Shown here: piece by piece, positions 13,042-32,365 of the stretch
Layout of the letters: each line of letters opens with the position of its first letter
Position numbering within the stretch: position 1 is the stretch's first letter
Source of the DNA: the human T2T-CHM13v2.0 reference genome, Homo sapiens
NCBI RefSeq assembly: GCF_009914755.1
Contig: NC_060932.1
Direction: 5' to 3' (one strand)
DNA: 64,000 bases
Notes under the pieces: generated by a model
The model's input: only the letters and a program-made list of their open reading frames with translations
Databases searched by the model: none
What the model was told of the DNA's origin: nothing
Made by a program: the position numbers and the translations under genes

Positions 13042-15254
13042 ATCTATAGGATGGTGATCGTAGTTTCAATCCTTTTATTTAATATTTAATTTCACAGGCT
13101 TAAAAGGCAATGTGGGGTTGATCCCTACCCACTTCTTCCCCCTCAGGCCATGCCTCTACCCCTTCATACACACACACCCCTTCGTGGTTTCTCTCCAGTC
13201 ATTTCGCTCTATTCTTCTGCTTACGCCCATCCTTCCGACTGAACGGCCTCCTTTCTATCCCCTCCCCTATTTCTGTCCAGTGAATCCAAAGTCAGCTCAA
13301 GCTTCTCTTCTGAACCCTTGCTACTCATTTGCAGCTCCACCCTAGGCCTACTGAATCACCACCTGCAGTTTCACAAGATCCCCAGGTGATTAAAATGCAC
13401 CTGGAGTTTCTGAAGCACTGTTGAGAATCAGGACCTCTCTGTGAGCTTATCCTGCCAGGACACCCTTCTCTGAATGCCGTGGACTAAGCCTTGCTTTCTC
13501 CTCACACCATGTACTTGTTTCTATCACAGCATTTGCCTCCACATTCTTCTTGGACCATCTCTAAGGTTCCTGAGATCAGGAAGAGCACCTGATTCAATTC
13601 TGGTCCTCAGGAACTGGCAAAGGTCTAGCATGGAGTGAGACTTAATAAATGTTTCCTCAACAAATTCATTTTTTTAAATGCCAACAGTAAATGATGTATT
13701 TTGATAATGTGTTCTCCCATCATCTATACTGAAGCATTCAGTGCTTAACCCATTTTTACAAGCTTATTTGAATCTTCAGTCTATTAGAGACTTTTTTCTT
13801 TACATCCTTTACAATAATTAGCAACTGTTAGATAGCAAATACACACTTTAAAAATTTATGGTTAGCCACCAGTTTTACTTGCTTTAGGAAGAACAGGAAA
13901 ACAGATTTTTAGAATATAAATTTGCCAAATTGCCGCCCCTTCAGCAGAAACACTGATGAGTCATCATCAAAACTAATAAGCAAGGTTGGGCACGTAACAG
14001 ATCAAAATGACTGGGCCACAGCCACAGTGCAGCCAAGGCTTCCTACATTTTGGAAATCAGCTTATTCTTCAGAAATGCATGCCTCATAGCTTTGTTTCTA
14101 AACACAACTTAGGTTTGCAGACATTTCTGAGTGTGCCTGGGAATTACTACAGAAGACCTGTACCTTCACACAGCTGCACTAGAGGAAAGCTTACCCCGGC
14201 AACCAAATATCATTTCCCTGACCTCCCCTATCTCATTGTCACCCCCATCCAGGCCCATCCCCTACACCTAATGGCAGCCAGTCCTCACCAAAGTCTTCCC
14301 AATTCCACCATGGCTCTTGACTAATGAGCAATGAGGATAATGAATGCCGATTTCACCAAAAGATTAGTTTCTTTGATAGAATAATCCTAACAGTGTGTGA
14401 CTATTACTATCCCAGTTAATAGATGAGAAGACTACTTAGGTGGTTAAATGGCTTACTTGGGTCACATACCCGGCCAGTGACAGTAAGGCCTAGAATCCAA
14501 GTGTCTAACCACCTGCCCAGTGTTCCCTCGGCCATGCCACAGAATAGAAACATCTCAGTTAAAGAAAAGTATGAGGCTTGGAGGCAGACAGAGTTCAGAC
14601 TGGAGCTCTTACTGGACAGGAGCTCCTACAGCGGAATGGTGAAAACCGTACGGATGCAACAAAGACATATAACTATTTCACCAACAGTCCCGACGTTTAG
14701 CTTAACGGTAAAGTTGGCAATACTAAAACATAGCAATATTAGGTTAATTGAGAGACTGCAAGTAACACAGGCACTAAATTCTTAAACAGTGAAATCAATA
14801 CAGGACTCCTCTGAGTTACAGTTCCGAAAAGGTGACATTTACCAGGTCATATCGTATTGTGTAACTTATCCCAGATGAGAAAGATAAAGATTTAAGATCT
14901 ACTTGCAGGATATTATTGACCTCAGTGGTTTATTTTAAGCTCGTGCACTTAGCATAGACTTACGTATAGACAACAGATTGGTTTTTATTCTGTAATTATA
15001 ACCATCTTTTATGTAGGGAAAATCTGGAAGGAATAACACCTCCACTTTGCCTTAGATAGTAACACAGTCTATTGGATTTGAAGCAAACCTTCACTAATCA
15101 ACCAATTTACTAAAATACTCACCTCAGAAAACCTGAGTAAGTATACTATATTTAACAACAATAAAAATCAGTAAAAGACGCCTAGCAAAACTAAAATTTC
15201 AATGGAAAGATTAAGTGAACAACAGGATAGTGTTAATATTAATATTATCCTATT

Positions 15255-15385
15255 CTGTAAAACAAAATGGTAGAATGGCGCTTGCCAGGGGCTGGTGGGG
15301 AAGGGAAATGGGGAGTTGTTCAATGGGTAGAAAGTTCCAGTTATGCAAGATGAATACGTCCTACAGATGTGCTGCACAACTTGTG
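15255..15385 (+). mobile_element. L1MA-like 3'UTR fragment
   Basis: gccaggggctgg...gggaaatggggagttgttcaatgggtag...cagttatgcaagatgaat. Confidence 0.7.
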
Positions 15386-15394
15386 TTGTAGGAA

Positions 15395-15558
15395 GCTGGG
15401 ATTACACCCACACAACACCACACCCGGCTAATTTTTTTGTATTTTTAGTAGAGATGGGGTTTCATCAGGCTGGTCTCACACTCCTGACCTTAAGTGAGCC
15501 ACTTGCCGTGGCCTCCCAAAGTGCTGGGATTACAGGTGTGAGCCACCGTGCCTGGCCA
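15395..15558 (-). mobile_element. Partial Alu
   Basis: Linker plus left arm, antisense. Confidence 0.88.
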
Positions 15559-16934
15559 AAACAGATCATCTTAATAAAAATCTGGACAATAGATTCACAT
15601 GAAGGTGTGTCTTACACAAGTATTTATGTGCTTACCTAGTAAGGCAAGTGCAAGTAATCACAAAGTTCAAACATATACAGAGCCAGAACCACCTGACATC
15701 CTGCCACAGAATTAGACGTTCTCAGTAAAAACTGTAAACTAAAGAAAACATCATGTCTCACCATAAGGTATGTTGTTCTGTAGTTTATACAGCTTAGTAG
15801 GAACACAGGTGGGAAGAAGAAAATAAGGCTGGAGAGGCAGGTAGTTTACAGTTGGGTGAGACATGGCATTGAATGCCAGACTCATAATTTTAGACCTTAA
15901 ATGTTAGGGATGGATATGGTGGGAAGATGTGGGTTGGGGGGGTCGGGGAGGGTGAGGCTTTTTTCGCATTTACATCAGAACTTGATTGTGTGGTAGCAGT
16001 GTGCAGAACTGACTGAAGACTGAAATCAGGGAAAAAGATAGGAAGCTAGTGTACCAGCACCTGCCAGGGTTAGAGAAGTGAGAATTTTAACTAAAAAATG
16101 AAAAGATTATTGAGGTCCATTTGAAATATATCAGTATGGCACACAAGTGGCAAGGCCACTAACTACTAAGTAAGAAAGAGAAAATGCCAAACTAACAGAC
16201 ACAGTTAAAATACGAGACATGAGAATATGTATTTTTTTTCCAGTTAATTCAGAGAATATGTCTGTAGCTATAATTATATAACTTGGGTTCCTTAAATACA
16301 ACTCAACTACTTAGAGACAGTTACCTTTAGAGTAATTACCTACAGTAACTAGGAATTATTATAAAATCAGGGGAAACTTAAAAGTGACAAACAAGTTAAC
16401 AAGTTATAAGAGAAATAAATTATACATACTCAAAACCGTGGCTGCAGGTCCACTTCCAATTAAGCTTAAGGGACCAAATTCTCTCACCAACACTAAATAT
16501 ACATGTTTAAGAACTTAGCTTCAATGGTAGAGTATCACTGTATAAATATTAAATAAACCTGATGGGCTTCTTACCAAATAAGTATTATACAAAATCCATA
16601 TATTTCCTATGTGCCAGGAAAAAACAGAAAAAGAAATCCCTTACTTTGGTAACAAAAAGGAATTGCACACATAGACACACACATATGCACTGTTTCTGTG
16701 AATAAATTTATCAAAAAAGTGCTATTCTATTGTGAAAATTATAAAAATGAGAAAAATAAAAGTTCTGAACAAGTGTACACATGTGAATTCTTCCATGAAT
16801 TGATATCTTATTAAATGCTATTGCAATCTGAACCTACATGTGATTGCTTTTAAACGCAGGAATTGAATTTTTAAAACATGTTAAAGTAATCTAGAATAAT
16901 TAAGAATAGCCAAAAAAAAATTTAGAACAGAAAA

Positions 16935-18155
<1,221 letters not shown>

Positions 18156-18379
18156 TTAAAAACAAGGAACTTGTGCAACTAGTTGGAGTAAGATATTATA
18201 AAATAATAAAAGTCCTACTGGAATAAAACCATACTGACAGATTAATACGGTGGTATATACATCTCAGAGATATAAAAATTCAGGATAGGATAGGATAAGG
18301 GAGGTATCTTAAATCAGCAAAAACATACTTATTTGTGGTATTAAGATATTTGAATTGCCAAATTAAAATTTGAGAAGCA

Positions 18380-18625
18380 GAACGGTACAGTAGTTAATAG
18401 TTGACAATCTCGAGGTAGATCGTCTAGGTTCAAACCCGGCGCCACCTCACACTGCCTAGTGAGCAGGTTCCTCACCGTTCTGCACTTCTGTTTTCTCATA
18501 TGTGAGAATGGGGGTGATAGGAGTACTCCTTACCTCATAGGTTCTTGTGAGAATTAAATGAATTTATAATTTTAAAATGCTTAGAACAGCATCTGGCACA
18601 AAGTACCATACAAATATTAGCTGTC
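18380..18625 (+). mobile_element. MIR
   Basis: Core ctgttttctcatatgtgagaatgggg...tacctcataggttcttgtgagaattaaatga. Confidence 0.75.
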
Positions 18626-19189
18626 AGCGCTCGCCATCCACCAAAATAAATTAAATTGGATTACAACGCAAAGGGCTTAAGATGAAACCATAAAAAAAAT
18701 AATTAAACATAGGTCAGTCTTCTTGAGTAGGGACCGTCTTATTATGCATAAAAACACAGGAAAAGTTAAAGGAAACAATGTATTTGACAACATAAAAGTG
18801 AAAAAAAATTAAGAAATCACCATATGCAAAATAAAAAGACATAAAAACAACAGGCAAAGGAAATGAACAGCAGCAGATCAAAAAAAAATCCTATGCCCCC
18901 AAATATAAGTGAGCGAAAGCTCTTGATGAAACAATGAATACAAAGAGTTGATAACTTTTATTATTATTCTTTTATTTAACCTCACTGTGTCTAACACCTT
19001 TCCTGGTGAGCCAACTGTCATTCCTAATCCCCATCACCATTGCTTAACCCCATAGAAGAGTTTAAAAAGTCAAATACTTGCTTCCAACCTTTCATGCCAG
19101 TAGGGGCAAGAGCCAGATCTGGTCTGTACCCATCAGACATAAGGACAAGAGGGCGAAGGGGGAGCTGCTGCATGGGTGTCCCCATGAAA

Positions 19190-19480
19190 AACAAAGAGAG
19201 GAGGAGGTCCCTGCCCTGAGATGCCGTCCTTTGCTTCCAGCCTTTGAATGCAGTCACAGGAAGTGGTGGGATGCACACGGAACTCCTAGCAGCCATATTT
19301 TAACTGAAAAGCCAATGACAAAGCCACATGCTGATGTGAGATGAGTGGAGAGGCAGAAAGAGGACATTTATGAATCGTCAAACCTGGAACAGCCTGCCTC
19401 TAGCCCTCCCGAGGAATAAACACACACAGCCTCTGGTTTATGTCCACTGGTTGGGTTTTCTGTCGCCTGCTGTAAATTGT
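19190..19480 (+). mobile_element. Old ERVL-type LTR fragment (LTR33/LTR16-like)
   Basis: ttccagcctttgaatgcag...agcagccatatttt...ggagaggcagaaaga motifs. Confidence 0.4.
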
Positions 19481-19489
19481 GTTCTTAAC

Positions 19490-20660
<1,171 letters not shown>

Positions 20661-22065
20661 TCACTTTTAATTTAAAATGCTATACCTTTAAAATAGCCTA
20701 CTGGGAAGAGAGTAGTGTAAACTTGATAAACTATCCAATTTGCCTGGTTAAATTCAAGACACAAGAGGTAAAGAATAAAACAGGGCCCCGCATCCCTTTC
20801 TTGACATTGACAAGAGGCTCTAGGTCAGCCTCTTCTTTGTTGACTGCCAGAAAGCCAATCTGTTGTGTCCTAATCACCTGTTGGCCCTCCTCTGTATTTT
20901 CACACCATCATTACTGACTTTGACCTCAATCTCTACATTCTATATTCTGAGCCATAACTCCTCTTCTCATTCTACCTTCTAGTATCTCAGTCAAGTCCTG
21001 AAAAATAGCTCAATACATGTGCATCCTCCTTACTTCTCAGATCTCAGGGGGCAAAAGTTAAACAGCACAAAGCATCAACATTAAACCAAGCCTGGCCCCT
21101 ACCTATTTAAGAGTGTAACTCTATTACATTATATAATCTCCTATATTACAGAAAGAAAACCATTAAGCGAACTTTGGTATTTGTAATTACACCCTCTTCC
21201 AAAATCCTACAGTTCTTTTTATTAAATTTTAGTATTATAAGAACAAATGTGATGAAACAAGAACTTGTCACCTCTTCTATTTGGCAGTTAATACCAAGAA
21301 GGCAAAAACTACATCTTACTCATCCCACAATCCCTCAGTGTCTGGTACATGACTTACCTAGCATACACGCTCTATCTGTTAAGTAAATACGTTGCAGAAC
21401 ACAGAATATTTCAGTAACACTCTAGATTTATATGTTGCAAATAGTGATTTTACTATTCCACCTTCTTGAGTTCATCAAGGCAATAGGACTCTGTATAACT
21501 ATCCTCATTTGCTTAAATTCAAGGGTAAGCTCCCCAGACAAAGGCAGAGCAACACAGGTGAGTCATAACAAAAACACGGCAAGTCTTAAGACTGCAGTAA
21601 TTTGACAAAGGAGCAAAAAGTCCCACAAAGGGAAGTTCTCACGATGACTCGAACTCCACAGAAGCGCAGCATTCTCGGTGATGCTGTCAGTACCTGCCTC
21701 TGCAAGTATGTTCACAAGATGTCTGTGGCTTCAGGTGGGGATTAAACAAAAATAACTGCCTTAGTCACAGGCCTGGAACATGTGTCCCACAACTACAGGA
21801 ACATTTAAATTCAGAGGGGAATAAACCAAAGACTTAAAGGTGTTGCTTCATTTTCCCAGCTACCATACAAAGGAGATAAACAAGGGTCTTCACATGTTCA
21901 CCAGCAAATTTATTTACCATCTGACACCTATGCTAATAATGCCTGATAAGAACAAAAGAAGGTGCACAGTGAGCCTCCTGGCTCATTAGGAGTCAAGGTT
22001 TATGAGCAGAGCTCCACTGAGCAATGAGGTGGTGAGATCATTGAGACCTCAAAACTTCACACCAA

Positions 22066-22235
22066 CTTTTTTTTTTTTCCTTTCTTTTCAGAGGGTCTCG
22101 CTCTGTCACCCTGGCAGGAGCACAGTGGTGCAATCATAGCTCACTGTAGACTCAAATTTGGGCTCAAGAGATCCTCCTGTCTCAGGCTCCCGAGTAGCTA
22201 GTAGCTGAGACCACAGGCGGGAGCCACTGGGCCTG
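22066..22235 (-). mobile_element. Alu monomer (FRAM/AluJ-like)
   Basis: gggtctcgctctgtcacc...aatcatagctcactg. Confidence 0.8.
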
Positions 22236-23356
22236 TCTCTTATATCTTTATGTCAGCTCTTTTCTGATGGTTTCCTTAGTCTCTACATATTTTTACTCTT
22301 AAACCTCAGGCATGCACATACCCCTCTGAGGTGCTTCCCAGTCTGTAGCCTCCTCCAATTTCACATGCCCCGAATTAAACTCACTATTCTCCTCCGGAAA
22401 ACTTCTTGCTACTCTATTCCACATTTCACTTCATGGCCCACCACCTATCCAGCCTCTGAAGGCGGCGGTTGGGGAGACACTTAGGACTGTTCACACCAAC
22501 AGAAGTGGCCAGACACTCTGTCTCCTAATTATTTTAAACATGCATTCTACTATCCGTTCCCAAAAAATATGTAGCACTCGTGCAAGTTTGTGTCTACATT
22601 ATTAGAACTAATCAGCCTCTACCTCCCTCGAGGCAGAGGCTCATCTGTCATTGACCCCGGGACACGTCTGCTCCAGGCATGCTGACTCTGGCCTTGACGT
22701 TCCCCAAGCACATGGTATCCTTTGACAAGGCCACATCTGCACCCTCAGCAACCCCAGCAGCCTCCTCTGCTGGCAAGCTCCTGCAGGCGCATTCCAAACA
22801 GTTCAAATGTCACCGCCTCTCCTCCAGTTCTCCCTCACAACAAGTTAGTGTTGCTCCTTTACTGTGGATACACAGTGCTTCGCACAGGTCTCCATTCAAA
22901 TCAAGCCAAGGAATGTTTTTAAACACCTGTTGTGCAACCAGTACACTGTGCTGGGCACTGGAAAATATGAAAATAACTAAGAGCTGAACTCTATCCTTAT
23001 GGATTTCACCGTCTAGAAGGAGACAGACATGTAAGGAAATAATGAGCATACAGCACTATAAATGCAAAGCAGCAGAGAGGCCAGGACAGCTGAGGTGGAA
23101 TCTGAAGAGCCAAGAGTTTTCATTGGAACGATTTGCTTAGACACCCCCTTATCCCCTCACCCTCCAACCAGTAAGCTCCTTAAGAGGGCATATTTGCTTA
23201 ATCCTGTTTGTAGTCTCAGAATCTAGTACACTGCCCAACACAGAGCAGCGACTCTAAGCACTTCTTGAATGAATGGGCAAGCCTGCACTGTGACATATTA
23301 AGCCTACTCATGAGTCATTCCACAAAGCAATCTTCTCCATAATTACTGCCAAGTAA

Positions 23357-24226
<870 letters not shown>

Positions 24227-24297
24227 TAATGAAGAATTCACATATGTCCATGAAAGAAGACAGGAGTGTGTCAAGACTTCTGCATGCACGTAAAGGA

Positions 24298-24545
24298 CCA
24301 GGGTTAAGAGCACAGACTGTGGGGCCAGAACACCCGGCCCATTTCCCGTCTCCACCAATTACCCCACTGTGTAACTTTGGACACGTTACTGAAGCTTTCA
24401 GACCCTCAAATTCCTCATCTGTAGAATGGCGATTATCACAGTATCCCTACTAGGAGTTGTGGGAATTAAATGAGATTATGCATTTAAAAGAGGGCTTAGC
24501 ACTGTGCTTGGCGCACACAGGCACTCAAAACATGTTAGTGACTAA
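24298..24545 (+). mobile_element. MIR
   Basis: ctgtgtaactttggacacgttact...ttcctcatctgtagaatgg...attaaatgagat. Confidence 0.75.
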
Positions 24546-24656
24546 TACTATTTTTATGAAAAGAGATCCTGATACACACTTTAAGGAAACTAATTTAATT
24601 ACATAAAAATATAGAAACATCTATTAGCGACACATTAAAATTAAATTTTATTCACA

Positions 24657-24941
24657 TTTCAGAGACAGGGTCTTGCCCTGTCACCTAGCCTGAAGTGCAG
24701 TGGTACAATTATAGCTCACTGAACCCTCAACCACTTGGGTTCAGTGATCCTCCCACCTCAGCCTCCTGAGTAGCAAGGACCACAAGTGTGTGCCACTTGC
24801 CCAGCTAATTTTTTAATGTTTTGTAAAGACAGGGTCTCACTCTGTTGCCCAGGTGGGTCTCAATCTCTTGGGCTCAAGTAATCCTCCCACTTCATCCTCC
24901 CTAATTCCTGGGATCACAGATGTGAGCCACCATGTCCGGCC
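24657..24941 (-). mobile_element. AluJ
   Basis: Diverged antisense dimer. Confidence 0.9.
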
Positions 24942-25707
24942 TCAAGTTGGCTTTTAGAATAACTTATTGGGTAATAACCTCTGATTTTTAGTAATTACTT
25001 TATTCAAGTATGTGAAAAATCTCTCATAATTTTGCTTACTGTCTCCCTCAAATTCTCACCTAGAAAAGTTTAAAAGGATATAAAAGTAATTTGAAGAAGA
25101 TTTGAAATTACCTTAACACGAAATGAATGAAAAAATAATCAGTTTACATAAACCACGAAGGAAATAACTTAGCAAGAAAGAAGAGAAACCTGCGATGACA
25201 GGCAAGTCACTGCAAGTTTCGGACGGACTACTGTCTTGAAAGGAATTTACTTTATTAACCCACAATAAACTCAACTGAAATAAAGAGTTGCCCTTTTGAA
25301 ATGTGGTTTCTCTTTCTCTAGAAGAAAACCAAAAACCATCTCTTTCAGGAGGCCTTTCTTCACCGACCCACCCCTGGACATTCTTCTCATGGGGCCTTTT
25401 CCCCACCCATCACCATTCTTTGTGCCGCTTTGTGTTTGCTGCATAAACACGCACTCTCCCTCCTCAGCTCACAGGAGTCACGGGGCAGGGAGAGCATTCT
25501 GCGCTACTTCTGTAATCCTACCTGGCTCAGGCTGGCCTCTGAAATGGCAACTCATGTGTGTAGAGAAGAACACAGATATTTATCATCTAAAACCTGGGAA
25601 AAGCTGGTATTGCCTCCAAAAGAGAGTGAAGGCGGGTCTCTCTAAAGATGTCTGAATTGATCATGAAGGATTTACTCAGCAGTTATTTATTCAGCAGCAT
25701 TAATTTT

Positions 25708-25862
25708 ATTATTACTGTATTTTTTATTGTTTTAAGTTCCGGGGTACATGTGCAGGCTGTGCAGGTTTGTTACATAGGTAAACATGGGCCATGGTGGTTG
25801 ACTTCACCTACCAAACCATCACCTAGGTATTAAGCCCGGCATGCATTAGCTATTTTTCCTGA
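25708..25862 (-). mobile_element. Short 5'-truncated L1PA 3' end with 15-bp TSD
   Basis: ggggtacatgtgcagg...ttacataggtaaac...catgcattagctattt. TSD agcagcattaatttt at 25693-25707 and 25863-25877. Confidence 0.88.
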
Positions 25863-26011
25863 AGCAGCATTAATTTTCAATAGCCACATAAAATCATTCA
25901 CATCAGAGTTAACATCAAGCTTTAAACCAAGGCCTGAAAAGAAAAGTGCCACAGTTTCTAAACCATTCAGCTGGGCAACAAGAATTTTAATTTTTAAAAA
26001 AATTAAACGTT

Positions 26012-26695
26012 AGCCTGGTGTGGTGGTTCATGCCTGTCATCTCGGTACTGTGGGAGGCCTAGGTGGGAGGATCACTTAAGCCCAGGAGTTCAAGACCAGC
26101 CTGGGCAACAAAGTGAGACCCCCCCATCTCTACAAAAATATATAAAAATCAGCTGGGCATGCTGACACACATCTGTGATACCAGGTACATGGGACGCTGA
26201 GACAGGAGGATTTCTTGAGTCCAGGAATTCAAGGCTGCAGTGATCTATGGTGGAGTCAGTGCACTCCGGCCTGGACGACAGAGTGAAAATGTCTCAAAAA
26301 AACAAACAAACAGAAAACAAACAAACAAAAAAACAAATTAGACTTTATTATTAAAAATAAAACTCAGGCCAGGCGCGGTGGCTCACTCCTGTAATCCCAG
26401 CACTTTGGGAGGCCGAGGCGGGTGGATCACCTGAGGTCGGGAGTTGGAGACCAGCCTGACCAACATGGAGAAACCCTATCTCTATTAAAAATGCAAAATT
26501 AGCCAGGTGTGGTGGTTCATGCCTGTAATCCCAGCTACTCGGGAGGCTGAGGCAGGAGAATTGCTTGAACCAGGGAAGGGGAGGTTGTGGTGAGCCACGA
26601 TTGCGTCAATTGATTGCACTCCAGCCTGGGCAACAAGAGTGAAACTCCATCTCATAAATAAATAAATAAATAAATTAATAAATCAAACAAACAAA
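26012..26695 (+). mobile_element. Tandem AluJ (26012-26335) and AluSp-like (26387-26695)
   Basis: Two consecutive dimers with (AAAC)n and (TAAA)n tails. Confidence 0.92.
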
Positions 26696-26739
26696 ACTCA
26701 TGGCCATACTAATAGTATTGAGATTAATAATGTGTTGGT

Positions 26740-26950
26740 TAACAGCATCACTGGCTGGTCTGAATCCCACCTCTGCCACTTTCCAGCTGTTTAACATTGG
26801 ACAAATTATTTAACTTTTCTGTGGAAGATTCCTTGTCTATAAAATAGGGATAAGCCTCAAAGTTACTGTGAGGATTAAATGAATTTATAGATGAAATTAC
26901 TAAAACTGAGCCTGGAACCCGACATATACTTAACAGTGTGAGCTGCTATC
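26740..26950 (+). mobile_element. MIR
   Basis: gaatcccacctctgccactt...ggacaaattatttaac...gtgaggattaaatga. Confidence 0.7.
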
Positions 26951-27119
26951 ATTGACATTATAATAATTACTACTACAAATAATTTTCATCACTATCTCAT
27001 CTTATTTCAGTATATTTCCAAAGAAGCAAAGGTAGTTTAGATTTGGTTTGTTATAATCTCTTATAATCTGGTCTCATATAATATATTTCCACATTTTGAC
27101 AAGTAAAATGGAACAGCTC

Positions 27120-27414
<295 letters not shown>

Positions 27415-27811
27415 TTAATTACAATTCCTTCTCACATTCATTTTAAAGCTTCAAGAAAATGGCTGTTTCAATACTGGGTCTGGTTTTCTACTTAAGTGTT
27501 CTGAAAGGATTTATTGAAAACGCCAAATTGGCTGGAACATTTCTGCCGCTTACCTTTCAGCAGAGTAACTGTGAGTCAGTATGGTGGATATCCATTTGGT
27601 TTCAATTTGCTAATACACACAGACACTTCATTGTACAATCAATGGCAACAGGATCACGGGGATCTAAAAGCACATTGTTTCTGCTCCTTGATTTTTCTGT
27701 TCTACTTTTAACTCTGTGGCGATTAAGAAACACCTCTCAATTTACTGAGAGCATCCAAAAAAATTAGTTGCTATTAATTTTTCTGTAAAACATAATACAG
27801 TAGAATCAAAT

Positions 27812-28490
<679 letters not shown>

Positions 28491-29267
28491 CAAGTATTCA
28501 GACCATAAAAGTCTTCTAACCAGTCAAATACAAAACTCAAATTCAAATCCAGAATGTTTCCAGTTACATTAACTTTGTTTCCATTCAGATACAGAAAACC
28601 ACCCAGTAAAACGTAATTAGTTTTTAACTCAGACTGAAAAATCTGGATGCATAACTCAGTTATCAAGCTCATCGACACAGGATGATAAAAGCTCAAAAGC
28701 ATGCCCTGTCTTTTCACTAAGACTAAACAGATCCACTTTTCTCTAAGACACATTATGCAACACAGAGTAAAAGGACTTAACAACTACTTCCCCGCTGGGT
28801 GGGACTGATCGCCTACATAAAAGGATTCTATCTTTTTCAATGTATCCTGGGTACTGGCCTCATTTCTTAAAAGTATGTGCGCTTAGATTTTCTGGGATTC
28901 AAGCCCCACGAAATTCAGAGAATCATACCAGTAACAGCAGTTACTCAGAAAATTAGGTGAGCTCCAAATTGTCCCTAGAAAGGTAAGGGCTGTAAAAGCT
29001 GACAGGGTCTTAGATTCTCAGACACTTACACTTTCAAGATGTGAAGATGAAGCCCAGGGAGAGTAAAAGACTTGCTCAGGCAGCGTATTGGGGCCAGAGT
29101 GGAACTAAAACACAGGGCTCCTAACTGCAGGCCAGGGGCCACACTCCAGTGCCACCAAGCTACAGGTGTTCCTCACAGAGGAGGAAGGGAGCTTCCCATT
29201 CTCTGCAAGCACCATGAGCCTTATTGGACAACTACAGTAAGGACCAGAGCTTTTTCTTCACCACCAA

Positions 29268-29573
29268 GGGACAGGGTTTTGCTCTGCTGCCCAGGTTGGA
29301 GTACAGTGGCATGATCATAGCTCACTGCAGCTTTGAACTTCTGGGCTCAAGTGATCTTCCTGCCTCAGCCTCCTGAATAGCTGAGGAGCCCCTACAAGGG
29401 CACACCATCATGCTCTCATGCCCAGCTGTTTTTTTTTTTTGTTGTTGTTGTTTTTTTTTTTTTTTTTTTTAGAGATAGTGTCTTGCTATGTTGCCCAGGC
29501 TGGTCCTGAACTCCTGGCCCACTTTGGCTTCCTAAAGCACTGGGATTTCAGGCATAAACCACCACACCCAGCC
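29268..29573 (-). mobile_element. AluJ
   Basis: Diverged antisense dimer; flanks agga(c/ct)agagcttt. Confidence 0.88.
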
Positions 29574-30762
29574 AGGACTAGAGCTTTCATCTCACTCATG
29601 CCTTGACTCCCCAGGTGTGGCAATATCCCAAATAAGAATCACTCTTTCTCCCAATGGCTTTTGGCCTCTGTTTTTCTCCCAGATGATGAACACTCCAAGC
29701 TAATGAATTCCTGTTTCCACCCAGATCCTCTGGGGATGGAGCCATGTGCTGCAAACCCCTCTTCCTCCACTCACGCCTCTGTGGTCATGTCTCCTTGACC
29801 TTGACACTAGGCCTGAATCTAAATAAACAGCCCGTAAAACATTTCTAAGCATTACAGGCTTTCACACTTGAGGCTTCATGGTAGGGTTGAAAAATGAAAC
29901 CTACAAATACTAAATTGTAGAGAGGTACAGAGATCTTCTGGGATTTGCTCGCTTTCATTAGTTTCCATAAAACATTCTCACGTGTGTGGACACATAACTA
30001 TTTGTATAAGGGAACTTACTACTAAATTGATTTGACATGACTTTAATTTGCCCAAGGCTGTACCGGCAGAAGTAAGGTGGGTTCTTTGCAAGATGTTCTC
30101 AGTCAATTGGAATGGCTAGCAGGCTTTTCATCCCCGTGACACAGGGATGACTTTTCCATTTCTTTGTAACACAGATCTGTACGTCCGCCAAATTTAGTAT
30201 GATACTTAATAGCTATTCTTGAGGCGCTCACATTTCATTGGCCTAACATGACTTTAAAATTACAAATTGTAAGATACAAGCCAACATAAATAAAAGTTCA
30301 CATTAGAAAAATTTAACTTTTTAGTCACCCTCATATCCCTCCTAAATCTATCATACATCTTTCAGTAAAATTAAAAAAAAAATTAATCTCTTCACATGTA
30401 TTGAGGGCACACTAGGGACCTACCGTACAACACTTCAGCATTGTTAAGCACTTAACCATTTGAAAAAACTTAATGAAATGATTCAAATTTACATCAGCCA
30501 CCCAATTGTATATTTATGTACACATCCTTCTGAATAGCTTATAAGATGGTTTATACACCTACACCTCTCTCCTCAACTAGCCTTTGCCTTGCTCAAAGAT
30601 AAGGGATATATGTTGTCATCTTCTTTTTCTACCTCCTGTGCTCAGGATGCTGATCCACAAAAGGCTAACTGCTTTAGTGACAGAAGGCATTAGACCTATA
30701 ATCATGACTGTCCAATTTTACATTCAATTAACTCATAAACTATTGAACTATTTTATTCTTAC

Positions 30763-30958
30763 CAGAACTGGACACACGCCTGATCCTCTGAGGAGATACG
30801 GCTCGATCAGCACTGGGATTTCTATTGTCACTGTTCCGCCTCAAACAGGAAACAGGGGGCCCCACTTTGGCTTTTGGAGCAGCTATTTGCCTCAAACCGC
30901 AGGAGTCAGGCTTGGATATATTCCTACCTGAGGTGGTCGTTGTTTTTGAAGCAGAGCC
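30763..30958 (-). CDS. MTUS1: MTUS1 coding exon 3 (196 nt): GSASKTTTTSGRNISKPDSCGLRQIAAPKAKVGPPVSCLRRNSDNRNPSADRAVSPQRIRRVSSS(G)
   Basis: Acceptor ttattttcacag|GGC, donor TCTG|gtaaga. Open in phase 0 from the previous exon, ends in phase 1. Confidence 0.95.
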
Positions 30959-30980
30959 CTGTGAAAATAACAGTTAAGAC

Positions 30981-32279
<1,299 letters not shown>

Positions 32280-32365
32280 AAATTTTAATCCAGATCATAC
32301 CTTCCCCATACCACTTCCTTGTGGTATTAGCTACGTGAAAGGAACAATTTCTAAGTGAACGTGTA

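Noticed and set aside
21640-21760. Possible extra cassette exon in intron 3 (CAG|gtactg donor-like site near 21694)
   Set aside because: The donor is weak and I could not define a matching acceptor or frame. It needs transcript data.
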